A model generated the notes under the pieces. That model was not told where the DNA came from, did no database searches, and saw only the letters and a list, made by a program, of their open reading frames with translations. The position numbers and the translations under genes were made by a program. From a virus (Duplodnaviria; Caudoviricetes), in the IMG/VR virus record IMGVR_UViG_3300012122_000001, positions 8,726 to 72,725 of that record: a DNA stretch of 64,000 nt. One strand, 5' to 3'. Positions within the stretch are counted from its first letter, which is position 1; each line of letters begins with the position of its first letter. Of the stretch, positions 25,746 through 34,848 are shown piece by piece.

Positions 25746-27086
25746 ATGAATCTTAAACCCCAGCTCATCGACATGATCCGGACGGTTCCGGAGGTTGCCG
25801 TACGTCTCTGGTGCGGCGGGAAGGTCTTTCCGCACGACGCGGGCGTTCGGATCGAGTACGAAGGGGTCATGACCCAGGTGTCCGTCGAAGCCTACACGGC
25901 GGCGGATGAGGTCTCGAAGATCCTTGGGATCCGCTGGGGCGGCCGGATGCTTCGGTCGGTCCAGGACGTCCTGGAGCTCCGCCACGCCGCCGAAGATGCC
26001 TACCTCGAGAACCTTTTCCATCAGACCGACGTCCCGAAGGCGCTCTTCGTGCCCGCGGGCGTGACGGCCTCCGGCTACTACAGAGCGATGATCCCGTCGG
26101 ACCTCGCGTACGAAGGCGGGAAGGTCATCAGTCACTGGACCTCGTCGGTCGATCTTTCGAAGGTGATGCGTTACGACATCCTCTGGGTTCAGCTCATCAC
26201 GTCGGCCGTCCTGATCGCCATCATCAAGATGGCGAAGACCCAGGGCGTCAAGATCGTGTTCGACATCGATGATCGTCTCGACTCGATTCCAGCCGAGAAT
26301 CAGGCGTCGGCCGTCTACGGAGAAGCTGGGAAGCAGGCAGAGCTTCGGGAGATGATCAAGCTCGCCGACCTCGTGACGGTCTCGACAGAACCCCTGGGGA
26401 AGTACATCCTCGAGAACATGGGCGCGAAGCGGGTCAAGGTGCTCCCGAACCAGCTCACCGCGAACGTCGCCCCCAGGAGACACCCGCCGAACTCGGCGTA
26501 TACACGGATCCTTTGGGCCGGATCCCCGACCCACAAGCGAGACCTCGCGATCGTGGCGCCCGCGATCCGGAACCTGCTCAAGAAGTACAACGGGAAGCTC
26601 CGGTTCACATGTTTCGGCGAGCGCCTGCCGGAGGCCCTGGCGGACTGCTACAACTGGATCGACCTGAAGGACCCGGTCGACTTCGACCAGTACCACGACG
26701 CGATCGCGACGATCGCCGCAGACTTCGGGATCGCGCCGCTTGAGGCGAATCCGTTCAACGAGTCGAAGTCGGCGATCAAGGCCCTGGAGTATGCCTCGGC
26801 CGGATATCCGATGCTGCTCTCCCCGGTCGGAGAGTACCCCGTCATCTGCAAGGCAGGATTTCCGGCAGAGCTCGTCGAAAACGACGGCTGGGAAGCCGCG
26901 ATCGATCGGATGATCGGGATGTCCAGGGAACAGCGCGACGATCTGGGCAAGCGCGGCATGAAGTGGGTCCTCGAGAACCGCTGCATCGGCACCTCGAAGG
27001 CCTCCCAGTGGGCCGATACGATCACCGAGGTCGCGGCCTATCCGCGTGAAGAGGTGGAAGAGTCGAGGCTGAAGCTGGTGACATGA
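25746..27086 (+). CDS. glycosyltransferase, GT-B/GT4-like
   Basis: SGYYRAMIP, FDIDD, ADLVTVST..L, ILWAGSPTH, GIAPL...FN.SKS.IK.LEY motifs. Confidence 0.85.
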   Translation: MNLKPQLIDMIRTVPEVAVRLWCGGKVFPHDAGVRIEYEGVMTQVSVEAYTAADEVSKILGIRWGGRMLRSVQDVLELRHAAEDAYLENLFHQTDVPKALFVPAGVTASGYYRAMIPSDLAYEGGKVISHWTSSVDLSKVMRYDILWVQLITSAVLIAIIKMAKTQGVKIVFDIDDRLDSIPAENQASAVYGEAGKQAELREMIKLADLVTVSTEPLGKYILENMGAKRVKVLPNQLTANVAPRRHPPNSAYTRILWAGSPTHKRDLAIVAPAIRNLLKKYNGKLRFTCFGERLPEALADCYNWIDLKDPVDFDQYHDAIATIAADFGIAPLEANPFNESKSAIKALEYASAGYPMLLSPVGEYPVICKAGFPAELVENDGWEAAIDRMIGMSREQRDDLGKRGMKWVLENRCIGTSKASQWADTITEVAAYPREEVEESRLKLVT

Positions 27087-27361
27087 TGAAGAACCTCAGC
27101 ACGGCGATCGAAGTCGCGGCGGACTACGCCCTGCACCTCCACAAGCAGGACGGCGTTCCGAAGCAGAAGGCGATTGCCGCCGGGGCCGCCTCGGTCGTCC
27201 GTGCAGTCAGAGCCACCCGCGTCAACGACGCGAACGGCTTCATCGTGCCGCCCAGGAAGTACGTCAAGGATGCGGGCGTCGGATTCTCCGGCGACGCGAT
27301 CATGGGAGCGGGATCGCTCCTGTCTGCGTTCGGTTGGATCAAGAATCTCGTGGGAGGGTAG
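27083..27361 (+). CDS. hypothetical protein with amphipathic C-terminus
   Basis: ATGA coupling; ends LLSAFGWIKNLVGG. Confidence 0.65.
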   Translation: MMKNLSTAIEVAADYALHLHKQDGVPKQKAIAAGAASVVRAVRATRVNDANGFIVPPRKYVKDAGVGFSGDAIMGAGSLLSAFGWIKNLVGG

Positions 27362-27362
27362 G

Positions 27363-27863
27363 GTGAGCGAAGCGGAAGAAAACGGCGAAGCGGACTTCCC
27401 GTCCGAAAAGGAAATCAAGGAAGCCTTCCCGAAGCTCGACTCCAGTAAAGTGAGCGAGCTCTTCAACATCCTCAAGAACGCCACGAGCCCCGACGCCCAC
27501 GACGACGATCCGGACGACGCGATGGAGAAGGCCAACGCGATCCTCGACGGCCACGGGGTCGAAGGGATCAAGGCCGAAGACGGATATCAGGTCGACCGCT
27601 TCTGGCGCGACACGATTCTCATCTACGTCAACCAGGGCGACACCTACGAAACGACGATCTGCTACGACACCGAAGAGGGCGCCTTCTTCGTCGGCTCCTG
27701 GGGCGACTTCGTGGAGGAATGGGAGAAGGGCGGCGAGGAGGACGAGGACGAAGAAGAGGGCGAGGACGAAGAAGAGGAAGAGGAGTCCGAGGACGAAGAG
27801 GACGAGGAAGAGGATGACGACGACGAGACCTCAACCCTCGACGAAGAGGTCAAGGAGAACTAG
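27363..27863 (+). CDS. acidic protein with poly-D/E tail
   Basis: GTG start at 27363; core GHGVE...YVNQGDTY.TT..YD...F.VGSWGD recalled from phage hypothetical proteins; ~30-residue D/E tract. Confidence 0.75.
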   Translation: MSEAEENGEADFPSEKEIKEAFPKLDSSKVSELFNILKNATSPDAHDDDPDDAMEKANAILDGHGVEGIKAEDGYQVDRFWRDTILIYVNQGDTYETTICYDTEEGAFFVGSWGDFVEEWEKGGEEDEDEEEGEDEEEEEESEDEEDEEEDDDDETSTLDEEVKEN

Positions 27864-28541
27864 ATGTCTCTGACCGCAGAACAGTACCGGGCCCAGCTCG
27901 AAGCCCAGCGCGCGCTGGTCTACCGCGGCGTCCACCCGTCGGTCGCCGGTCAGCTTGTCCGGAGGGCCGCCCAGCGCGTCGCCCAGCGTGGCGGCATGGG
28001 CTGCAACGGGGACGACTGCTGCGGATCCTGTCGTGAAAACGGCCTGGGCCGGATCCAGATGCGGAGTCTCCGTCGGGACCTCGACCCGACGATCAAGCCT
28101 CGGCCGGTCATGGCCGGAGAGCAGTGCGTCCGGATCCAGGAGGTCCCTGGGGACGAGACGCGCCTCTACCGGCAGCTCGACGACTACCGCAGTCGCGGCT
28201 GGAACGTCATGGAGATCCAGAAGACCAAAGGCTTCCCGTCGGTCGCCGTCTACTGGGCCTGCCCGCCCGGCCGGGTGCCGATGGAGTCCCAGGGGCAGAT
28301 CCTCCAGTCGCAGGCCTGGGGCGCCCCGCTCTACGTCGCAGGCGTCGGTGAAGGCGCCACCCCCGACGTTCTCGCCCAGATGCGCGCGTACGGTGACCTG
28401 GAATCCGTCAAGGCCGTCCGCGAGGCGATCACGCCCTGGCTCTGGGTCACGAGTCTGATCGGCTTCGGTATGGGCCTCATGAACACCCGCCGGATCGCGA
28501 TCATGTTCCGGAAGCACCTGGGCGGAAGGAAGCGCGCGTGA
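27864..28541 (+). CDS. virion membrane protein
   Basis: GGMGC, NGLGR and AGVGE motifs; C-terminal TM and basic tail. Confidence 0.7.
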   Translation: MSLTAEQYRAQLEAQRALVYRGVHPSVAGQLVRRAAQRVAQRGGMGCNGDDCCGSCRENGLGRIQMRSLRRDLDPTIKPRPVMAGEQCVRIQEVPGDETRLYRQLDDYRSRGWNVMEIQKTKGFPSVAVYWACPPGRVPMESQGQILQSQAWGAPLYVAGVGEGATPDVLAQMRAYGDLESVKAVREAITPWLWVTSLIGFGMGLMNTRRIAIMFRKHLGGRKRA

Positions 28542-29566
28542 GCATCGTCATTACGATCGGAGTCACGCTCCTCATCGCGACGGTCCTCGTAATGATTTTC
28601 GGCCGCTTCCTATTCAGGAACAGCAGTGGACCGTTTCCGTGCTACCGGTGCGCGGCGGTCGCGACGACGGACTACATGGGGCTCCACTACTGCTTCATGT
28701 GCCGGACCGTCATCATGAAGACGATGCCTATGGTGCGGCACGATCCGCCGTACGGCTTCCCTGGATCCAGCGGATACCTGGAGTTTCCCGTTGAAGGTGG
28801 CGTGACTGAAGCGCCTAAGAAGAAGGAGGATTGAGATGGGTGACGCGCCGTACATCATCATCAAGAACCGACCGGGCCTGACGCACGACAAGCTGATCCG
28901 GATCGCCAGGGTCTGGAGGAACAAGGAGACCGGCAACGTCGTCGAGGTCCGCGCGGTTCAGAAGGTCGTCCCGGACAATTATCTGCGGATCGTCTTCTTC
29001 GACCCGAACGTCAAGATCGAGCTCTCCATGCCGCTCAAGACCAGGGAGAACCCGTTCCAGCCTCCCGGCCGGGCGACTCCGCTCATGGAGCCCGGCTTCG
29101 AGGACCAGTACGAGGTCTACCAGGACCAGCGGTCGACGCGGGTATAGACGTGGACGAGCTCAACAGACCCCACATGATCCCGACCGCCTTCGAGGACATC
29201 CCGACCCCTGATGAGCACGCCAGGGAGGTCCGCAAGATCTTCGCGATCTGCGGATTCTCGTCCGCGACGATCGTCTTCGTGGCGCTCGTCACAATCACCA
29301 TCTGCCTGCTCAGAGGCGTCGCCCCGGCCGCGGTCGCGGTCTTCACGATGCTGACGATGAACGTCGCCGTCATCGCCTTCGGCGTGGGCTACGGGATCCC
29401 GGTCGGCCTCGTGTCGCTCAAGCGCCTCGAGATCGCCTACAAGATGGGCTACTTCGGACTCAACCAGAGCCGCGAGGTCGCGGCGTCGATGAAGTCGATC
29501 GCCACTCGAGTCCAGCGCGAAACGGATCCGATTCCGGTCCGTCAGCGGCCGACGACGGAGGGATGA
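28538..29566 (+). CDS. three small genes (28538-28834 TM plus CxxC-x12-CxxC; 28836-29147; 29150-29566 two-TM)
   Basis: Tightly coupled ORFs with SD sites; no family recognised. Confidence 0.65.
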
Positions 29567-29967
29567 ACGTGACCCGCGTTGAGACTCTCTTCCGGATCGC
29601 GCTCAACCACGCCGCTCTCCGTTTCCCCTGGATGCGGTCGGTGAAGTTCGCCTTCTGCCCGCTGGCCGATCGTCACCACGGCAAGAAGTGGCGGCAGTTC
29701 GCCCATACCGATCATCGCGTGTACACGGTCTGTTTCGCGAAGGCCTCGGAGACGGACCTCACCGACGAGGAGATCCTGGGGCTGTCGGCGCACGAGCTTG
29801 GGCACATCGTCGGGAAGCGGCTCCGGTACCCGGAGCACAGCAGGGCGATCACCACAGCCAGAACCCCGAAGGCCGTCCAGGACGAGGCCGACCGGATCGC
29901 CAGAGAAGTTCTCGGATTCGAAGGCCTTCGGTACAATAAGAGGACCATCCAGGAACTTCGGCGATAG
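29563..29967 (+). CDS. minimal zincin metallopeptidase-like protein
   Basis: AHELGH (HExxH) plus downstream DEAD..A helix. Confidence 0.6.
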   Translation: MNVTRVETLFRIALNHAALRFPWMRSVKFAFCPLADRHHGKKWRQFAHTDHRVYTVCFAKASETDLTDEEILGLSAHELGHIVGKRLRYPEHSRAITTARTPKAVQDEADRIAREVLGFEGLRYNKRTIQELRR

Positions 29968-29975
29968 GAGATCTC

Positions 29976-31079
29976 ATGGAGCAGAGCGAGCTGATCACGG
30001 AGTTGGACGGGGACGGAGTCCGCTTCGTCGGATTCGAGAACCCGTCGCCGTTCCTGGCCCGGACCGTCATCAACCGGAACGAAGCCTACCTGATGCTCCA
30101 GGGCCACACGATCGACGTCGAGATGAAGGCCGGGAAGGATCCCGTGCTGCGGCTGTCGCCGGATCTCCGCTTCCAGTACATGACCGAGGCGGACATCGAC
30201 CCCAAGACGAAGATGCCGCGGGTCATCAGGAAGAAGGGCGGCGAGGTCAAGATCCACCACTCGCACATGGACGAGTTCGTCCTGACGGCGCCGTCGCTCT
30301 TCACCAAGACCTCGAAGATGTCGGCCGCCTCATGGTCGATCCCCGCCGGTCCCCCGTCCGTCGGCGGCGCCTGCGCCTCCGCGGAGCTCTTCAAGAGCGC
30401 GGGCGCCTACAACGTGGCGCTCCGCCAGGGCGAGGTCGAGCAGCGCCCCGTCTCGAAGCCGGACTGGATCTGCCAGTACTGCTACGCCGGGAAGTCCAAC
30501 TACATGCACCGGACCTCCCAGTACTCCCAGACCGCACGCTGGATCTGGATCTCCGGCATGGTCCAGCACCTGGGCCTGGAGGGCGCCGTCGAGAAGATGA
30601 CGGAAGCCCTCAAGTTCCACCAGGGCAACGTGAAGAACCGGCAGCGCGCCGGAGAGAACCCGAACTTCTTCCGGATCCACGACAGCGGTGATTTTACGCT
30701 GTCCCCCAACACCTACCTGCTCTGGTCGATGGTCGCCAGGGAGATGCCGGACGTCAACTTCTGGGCGCCGACCCGCATGTGGACCTTCCCGAAGTTCAAC
30801 GAGATGGTCCGGTCGAATCCCGCGCCCGAAAACATGTCGATCCGGCCGTCGGCCCTCCACTTCGAGGACGCGGCGCCGGGCATCGACGGCTTCGACGAGG
30901 GGTCCTCGGCCCACCACATCGAGACGGATCCGGTCAAGGAAGGGATCGCCCAGTGGATCTGCCCGGCGTACCAGCACGACGGCCACACCTGTGCGGGCGC
31001 GGGCGGGCCCAAGGGCGAGAAGGACTGCCGGGTCTGCTGGGTCCACACCGACATGTCCGTGTCCTACAGGAGCCACTGA
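29976..31079 (+). CDS. Gp88-like (radical-SAM-related, Cys-cluster) phage protein
   Basis: C...C..CYA, FRIHDSGDF, FWAPTR, N.SIRPS and CPAY...C...CRVCW motifs. Confidence 0.7.
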   Translation: MEQSELITELDGDGVRFVGFENPSPFLARTVINRNEAYLMLQGHTIDVEMKAGKDPVLRLSPDLRFQYMTEADIDPKTKMPRVIRKKGGEVKIHHSHMDEFVLTAPSLFTKTSKMSAASWSIPAGPPSVGGACASAELFKSAGAYNVALRQGEVEQRPVSKPDWICQYCYAGKSNYMHRTSQYSQTARWIWISGMVQHLGLEGAVEKMTEALKFHQGNVKNRQRAGENPNFFRIHDSGDFTLSPNTYLLWSMVAREMPDVNFWAPTRMWTFPKFNEMVRSNPAPENMSIRPSALHFEDAAPGIDGFDEGSSAHHIETDPVKEGIAQWICPAYQHDGHTCAGAGGPKGEKDCRVCWVHTDMSVSYRSH

Positions 31080-31560
31080 TGAAGAACGAACTGCTGCTGG
31101 AGCTCGACCGCTTCATGGGGGGCGCTCGATCGAACCCTCCCCAGGCGAAGCTGTACGAGTTCCTGAAGGTGCTCTCGGCCGACGGCGGGCTCCTGGACTA
31201 CTCGGAGCAGGACTGGGTCGAAGCCGGACGCAAGTACGGCCTGACGGACGACGAGATCGCCGCTTGGGTCGAGACCGCGGCGTCCTGGATCGACGACACG
31301 ACCGACGAGGGACGGTTCGAGCCGGAACCGTCTTTCTGGGGAGATTGATGCCGACCCCGTTCGAGATCGCCATGAAGGCGTTCCCCAGGTGCATCGTCGG
31401 AGGTCTCGACCCCCTGGGGCACAAGACCGTCTCCGACCTCGTCTATCAGGCGCTCCACGAGCTCGACATGTTCAACGAAGGCCAGGACGGCGCGATCTCC
31501 TCGCGCGAGGCCGCGATCGTCAAGAAGTTCGTCCAGAAATTCAGAACGACCGAGGGCTAG
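31079..31560 (+). CDS. two small coupled hypothetical genes (31079-31348; 31348-31560)
   Basis: TGATG overlaps; the first contains ARSNPP. Confidence 0.65.
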
Positions 31561-31563
31561 ACC

Positions 31564-32898
31564 ATGTCCCGCATTCTCTACGAGCGCAGGATCGAAGGCG
31601 GCACGCTGAGTCTGGTGGAGTCGAATCCCCCAGGCGAGACGGAGATCGTCGTCCGCTTCGACGATCCGGACGGCGGGCCCGCCTTCAAGGCGCTCGCGAA
31701 GTTCCCGCCGGAGGCCAGGGAGATCGCGAAGTTCAAGCTGAAGCACGCCCGCGGCCGACTCGACGTCGAGGATCTCCTGCGTGAGTGGAGCGACCACGAG
31801 ACCTGGGCGCTCTGGCAGGAGTGGTGGGCGGGCCTCAAGGCGCCTGTCAAGACCCGCCTCCTGGGCGAAGGGAAGGTCGAGCGCAAGGAGAACACGAGCG
31901 AGCTCCTGCCGTTCGACGAGTACGACGCGATCGTCGTCAGCTTCTCCGGCGGCAAGGACTCCATGGCCTGCCTGCTCGACCTGATCGAGAGAGGCGCCCC
32001 CAGGGACAAGATCGAGCTCTGGCACCAGTCGGTCGACGGCAGACCCGGCGTCGACGGCCGGTTCTTCGACTGGCCCTGCACGGAGAGCTACTGCAAGGCG
32101 ATCGCCAAGGCTCTTGGCGTCCCGATCTACTTCCAGTGGCGTGAGGAAGGCTTCGAAGGCGAGATCACGAAGGTGAACCGGACCACGCTGCCGGTCGGCT
32201 TCGAGCTCGAACCGGGCGGCCTCGAGCACGGCGCCGTCGGGAAGGCCGGAGGCGGCGGCACGGTCGGGACTCGCCTGAAGTTCCCGAACCCCGTCGCCAA
32301 CCTGATGACCCGCTGGTGCTCCAGCCTCCTCAAGATCGACGTCGCAAACCTCGCGCTCAACAACACGGAACGCTTCAAGTCCGGCAAGTTCCTCTTCGTG
32401 ACCGGCGAACGGCGCGAGGAGAGCTCGAACCGGGCCGGATACGCGGAGATCCTCGAGCACCGGTCGACTTCGAAGAAGCGCCGCGTTGACCACTGGCGCT
32501 CGATCCTGGACTGGATGGAGCCGGACGTCTGGGGGATCATCAAGCGGTTCAGAATCCGACCGCATCCGGCCTACTACCTGGGCTGGGGCCGCGTGAGCTG
32601 CTTCCCCTGCATCTTCGGATCCCCGAACCAGTGGGCCAGCGTCAAGGCCGTCGATCCGAAGCAGTTCAAGGCGATCCTGGGCTACGAGCACCAGTTCGGC
32701 TACACGGTCCAGGCCGGTGGCGACATTGCCTTCCAGGCCAACCGCGGGAAGAGCTTCGTGCCGAACGATCCGGAGAATCTCGCGCTCGCCATGAGCGAAG
32801 AGTTTCCGGAGCCCCTGGCGCTCGTCCCTGCCGGTCAGTGGAAGCTGCCCCAGGGGGCCATGGGGAAGATCGCAGGATCCGGCGGCGGGCCGCTGTAG
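31564..32898 (+). CDS. PAPS-reductase/PP-loop family protein (DndC-like superfamily)
   Basis: VVSFSGGKDS PP-loop, RWCSSLLK, TGERREES..RA and GRVSCFPC motifs; ~110-aa N-terminal extension. Confidence 0.85.
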   Translation: MSRILYERRIEGGTLSLVESNPPGETEIVVRFDDPDGGPAFKALAKFPPEAREIAKFKLKHARGRLDVEDLLREWSDHETWALWQEWWAGLKAPVKTRLLGEGKVERKENTSELLPFDEYDAIVVSFSGGKDSMACLLDLIERGAPRDKIELWHQSVDGRPGVDGRFFDWPCTESYCKAIAKALGVPIYFQWREEGFEGEITKVNRTTLPVGFELEPGGLEHGAVGKAGGGGTVGTRLKFPNPVANLMTRWCSSLLKIDVANLALNNTERFKSGKFLFVTGERREESSNRAGYAEILEHRSTSKKRRVDHWRSILDWMEPDVWGIIKRFRIRPHPAYYLGWGRVSCFPCIFGSPNQWASVKAVDPKQFKAILGYEHQFGYTVQAGGDIAFQANRGKSFVPNDPENLALAMSEEFPEPLALVPAGQWKLPQGAMGKIAGSGGGPL

Positions 32899-32908
32899 AG
32901 GAGAAGCC

Positions 32909-33324
32909 ATGCAGATCACGTTCATCACCAAGGCCGGGAAGATCCCGAAGAACAAATGGATCGTGTACACGGGCGACGGCACCAAGTATATTGCCCAGGT
33001 CCGGTACAAGAGTTCGGCGATCGACCGCGCGCTCACCGAGAACCGCAGGACCGGGAGGTCCATGGTCATCGGCGAGCTCTCGGCCGATCATCTAGGCCGG
33101 GTCTCCATCTACGATGCGATGATCGTCAACAGGGACGGGATCCGGAGGGTCTAATGATCAGGGTCGACCTTTATTCGAAGGACGGGGAGCACGTCGCCAA
33201 CGTCCCCTTCCTGCCGTACGCGACCCCTCCGGACGCGATCATGTGGAGCAACCGCTTCTTCTTCCACCGGACAGACGGGAAGTACTACGAGGGGTTCGTC
33301 CACTTCATAGTTCCGACGCCGTAG
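32909..33324 (+). CDS. two small coupled genes (32909-33154; 33154-33324)
   Basis: SD and TAATG coupling; the last stop abuts the convergent minus-strand stop. Confidence 0.6.
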
Positions 33325-34503
33325 CTACCGCCTCGCCCTCGACATCCTCCTGGGGTTCGCCTTTGGCGCCAGCTTGTGCTTGTAGTACCTTGCTTCCGTC
33401 ACGAAGGCCCTGGTCGCGTGCGCGCCCTCCGGGAGATCCTTGAAGTCCCAGTCCTTCCTGGCGTCCAGGCGGGTCATCTGTCCGCACTTCTCGCAGGCGA
33501 TTTTCGGATCCGAGTATCCGCCGACCGGCCCGATCTTCGCGATCGTGTCGGCCGAGACCTTCTCGCGGCTCATCGCGCAGTAGCCCGCGGTCTCGAGCTT
33601 CTGCGCCGCTCCGGCACGTTCGGCGCCCGGCGTCTTGTGGCTCCGGAACTTCCAGCTCTGCTTGTTCACGCTCGAGACCGCCTTGCATGATGGGCATGTA
33701 ACGTAGACGGACATCCTGTTGTAGAGGCCTTTGAGCAGCGCCTGCGGAACGTACTGCCCGCTCATCGGACAGACCCCCGCTTCGACAGCGGCTTCCCGCT
33801 TCTCCTCCGCGGCGCTCTTCGTTGCTCCCAGGAGAACGCGCAACTCGTCCTCACTCGGACCGTTATAGTGCTTTCCGCTTACCTCGGCCTCGACGAACAG
33901 AAGCGGGTACTGGAAGTACGGCGTGACTCGCGGGATCGTGCGGATGACGTACTTGATGTCGACGTCGCCGCGGAAGTAGGCGCCCTCCAGGTAGACCTGC
34001 ATGTTCCCCCTGAAGTAGCCTCCCCTCCAGTCGAACTTGATCACGGCGCTCTTGAGATCTGAGCGGCTCCCGAGAACGTTCCTGATCTTGTCGAGATTCT
34101 TGTGGACAAACGAGTCGCGCGCCCGCTCGTACGCTTCATCGGCATCCTGGTCGGCGTACTTGTAGGTGCGCGTGAACAGGTGAGCAACGGACTTGTAGTC
34201 CTCCCAGGTCCTGATGCTGAAGGTCCTGATGTTGGGCGGCGCCTTCTCTCGATCGAGCTCCGCGTAGCGATGCCATCCAGAGTACTCCTCGCGTCTGGTC
34301 CGGTGATCCCTCTTGAGCTCGCCGGTCCTGGTCTTGATCGCCTTCATGAAGGAGAGGAACGCTTCGGCCGCGTAGTGCCGGTAGGCGTCCCTGAGTTCCT
34401 TCCGGATCTTCTCGCCGATCTCGTTGAACGCATTGACGAGCATGTCGGCGATCCGCTTGACCGCTGGATTTTTCTCCTCGTGAAGCTTGATCGCACGAGC
34501 CAT
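33325..34503 (-). CDS. 392-aa hypothetical protein with two C-terminal Zn-ribbon-like repeats and an ANP basic tail
   Basis: GVCPMS...CPSC and GYCAMS...CEKC repeats; ends KANPRRMSRARR. Confidence 0.75.
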   Translation of the reverse strand: MARAIKLHEEKNPAVKRIADMLVNAFNEIGEKIRKELRDAYRHYAAEAFLSFMKAIKTRTGELKRDHRTRREEYSGWHRYAELDREKAPPNIRTFSIRTWEDYKSVAHLFTRTYKYADQDADEAYERARDSFVHKNLDKIRNVLGSRSDLKSAVIKFDWRGGYFRGNMQVYLEGAYFRGDVDIKYVIRTIPRVTPYFQYPLLFVEAEVSGKHYNGPSEDELRVLLGATKSAAEEKREAAVEAGVCPMSGQYVPQALLKGLYNRMSVYVTCPSCKAVSSVNKQSWKFRSHKTPGAERAGAAQKLETAGYCAMSREKVSADTIAKIGPVGGYSDPKIACEKCGQMTRLDARKDWDFKDLPEGAHATRAFVTEARYYKHKLAPKANPRRMSRARR

Positions 34504-34848
34504 CTATTCCTCCTCACCTTTCCCTGGATTCGCCGCAACCCGAAGTACGGGCCTCAGCTTCATCTTCAGCTTCGCCTTGATCCACGCGACCCGGCGAACG
34601 CCGCCGTCGGTCAGCGAGTAGAGGTACGGCTTCGGCTCCTCACGCCGGTTCGACCGGACGAGGCCGTTCCGGATCGCGCGCTCCAGGACCACCCAGGCCG
34701 CTCCCGGCGTGATCGTCTTGTCCCGCGGCCCCAGGCGCTCCAGGACCGCCTCGATCGTCGCCGGACCGCGCTCCAAGGTGAGCAGGATCGATCTGGACAG
34801 GCCGGTCCGATGCCATTCCTTTTTTCTCTTCTGCATGGAGTTCTCCAA
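34504..34848 (-). CDS. winged-helix (PadR/BlaI-like) DNA-binding protein
   Basis: ILLTLERGPATIEAV...VLERAIRNGLVR...YLYSLTDGG pattern; ends VAANPGKGEEE. Confidence 0.7.
   Translation of the reverse strand: MENSMQKRKKEWHRTGLSRSILLTLERGPATIEAVLERLGPRDKTITPGAAWVVLERAIRNGLVRSNRREEPKPYLYSLTDGGVRRVAWIKAKLKMKLRPVLRVAANPGKGEEE

Noticed and set aside
27730-27830. GAG/GAC/GAA run as a microsatellite
   Set aside because: It is the in-frame poly-Asp/Glu tail of a coding gene.
34640-34848. 209-nt same-strand overlap of the HNH and wHTH ORFs as a programmed frameshift
   Set aside because: The overlapping HNH tail is low-information and no slippery site is evident; most simply a homing-endonuclease insertion lacking an early stop.
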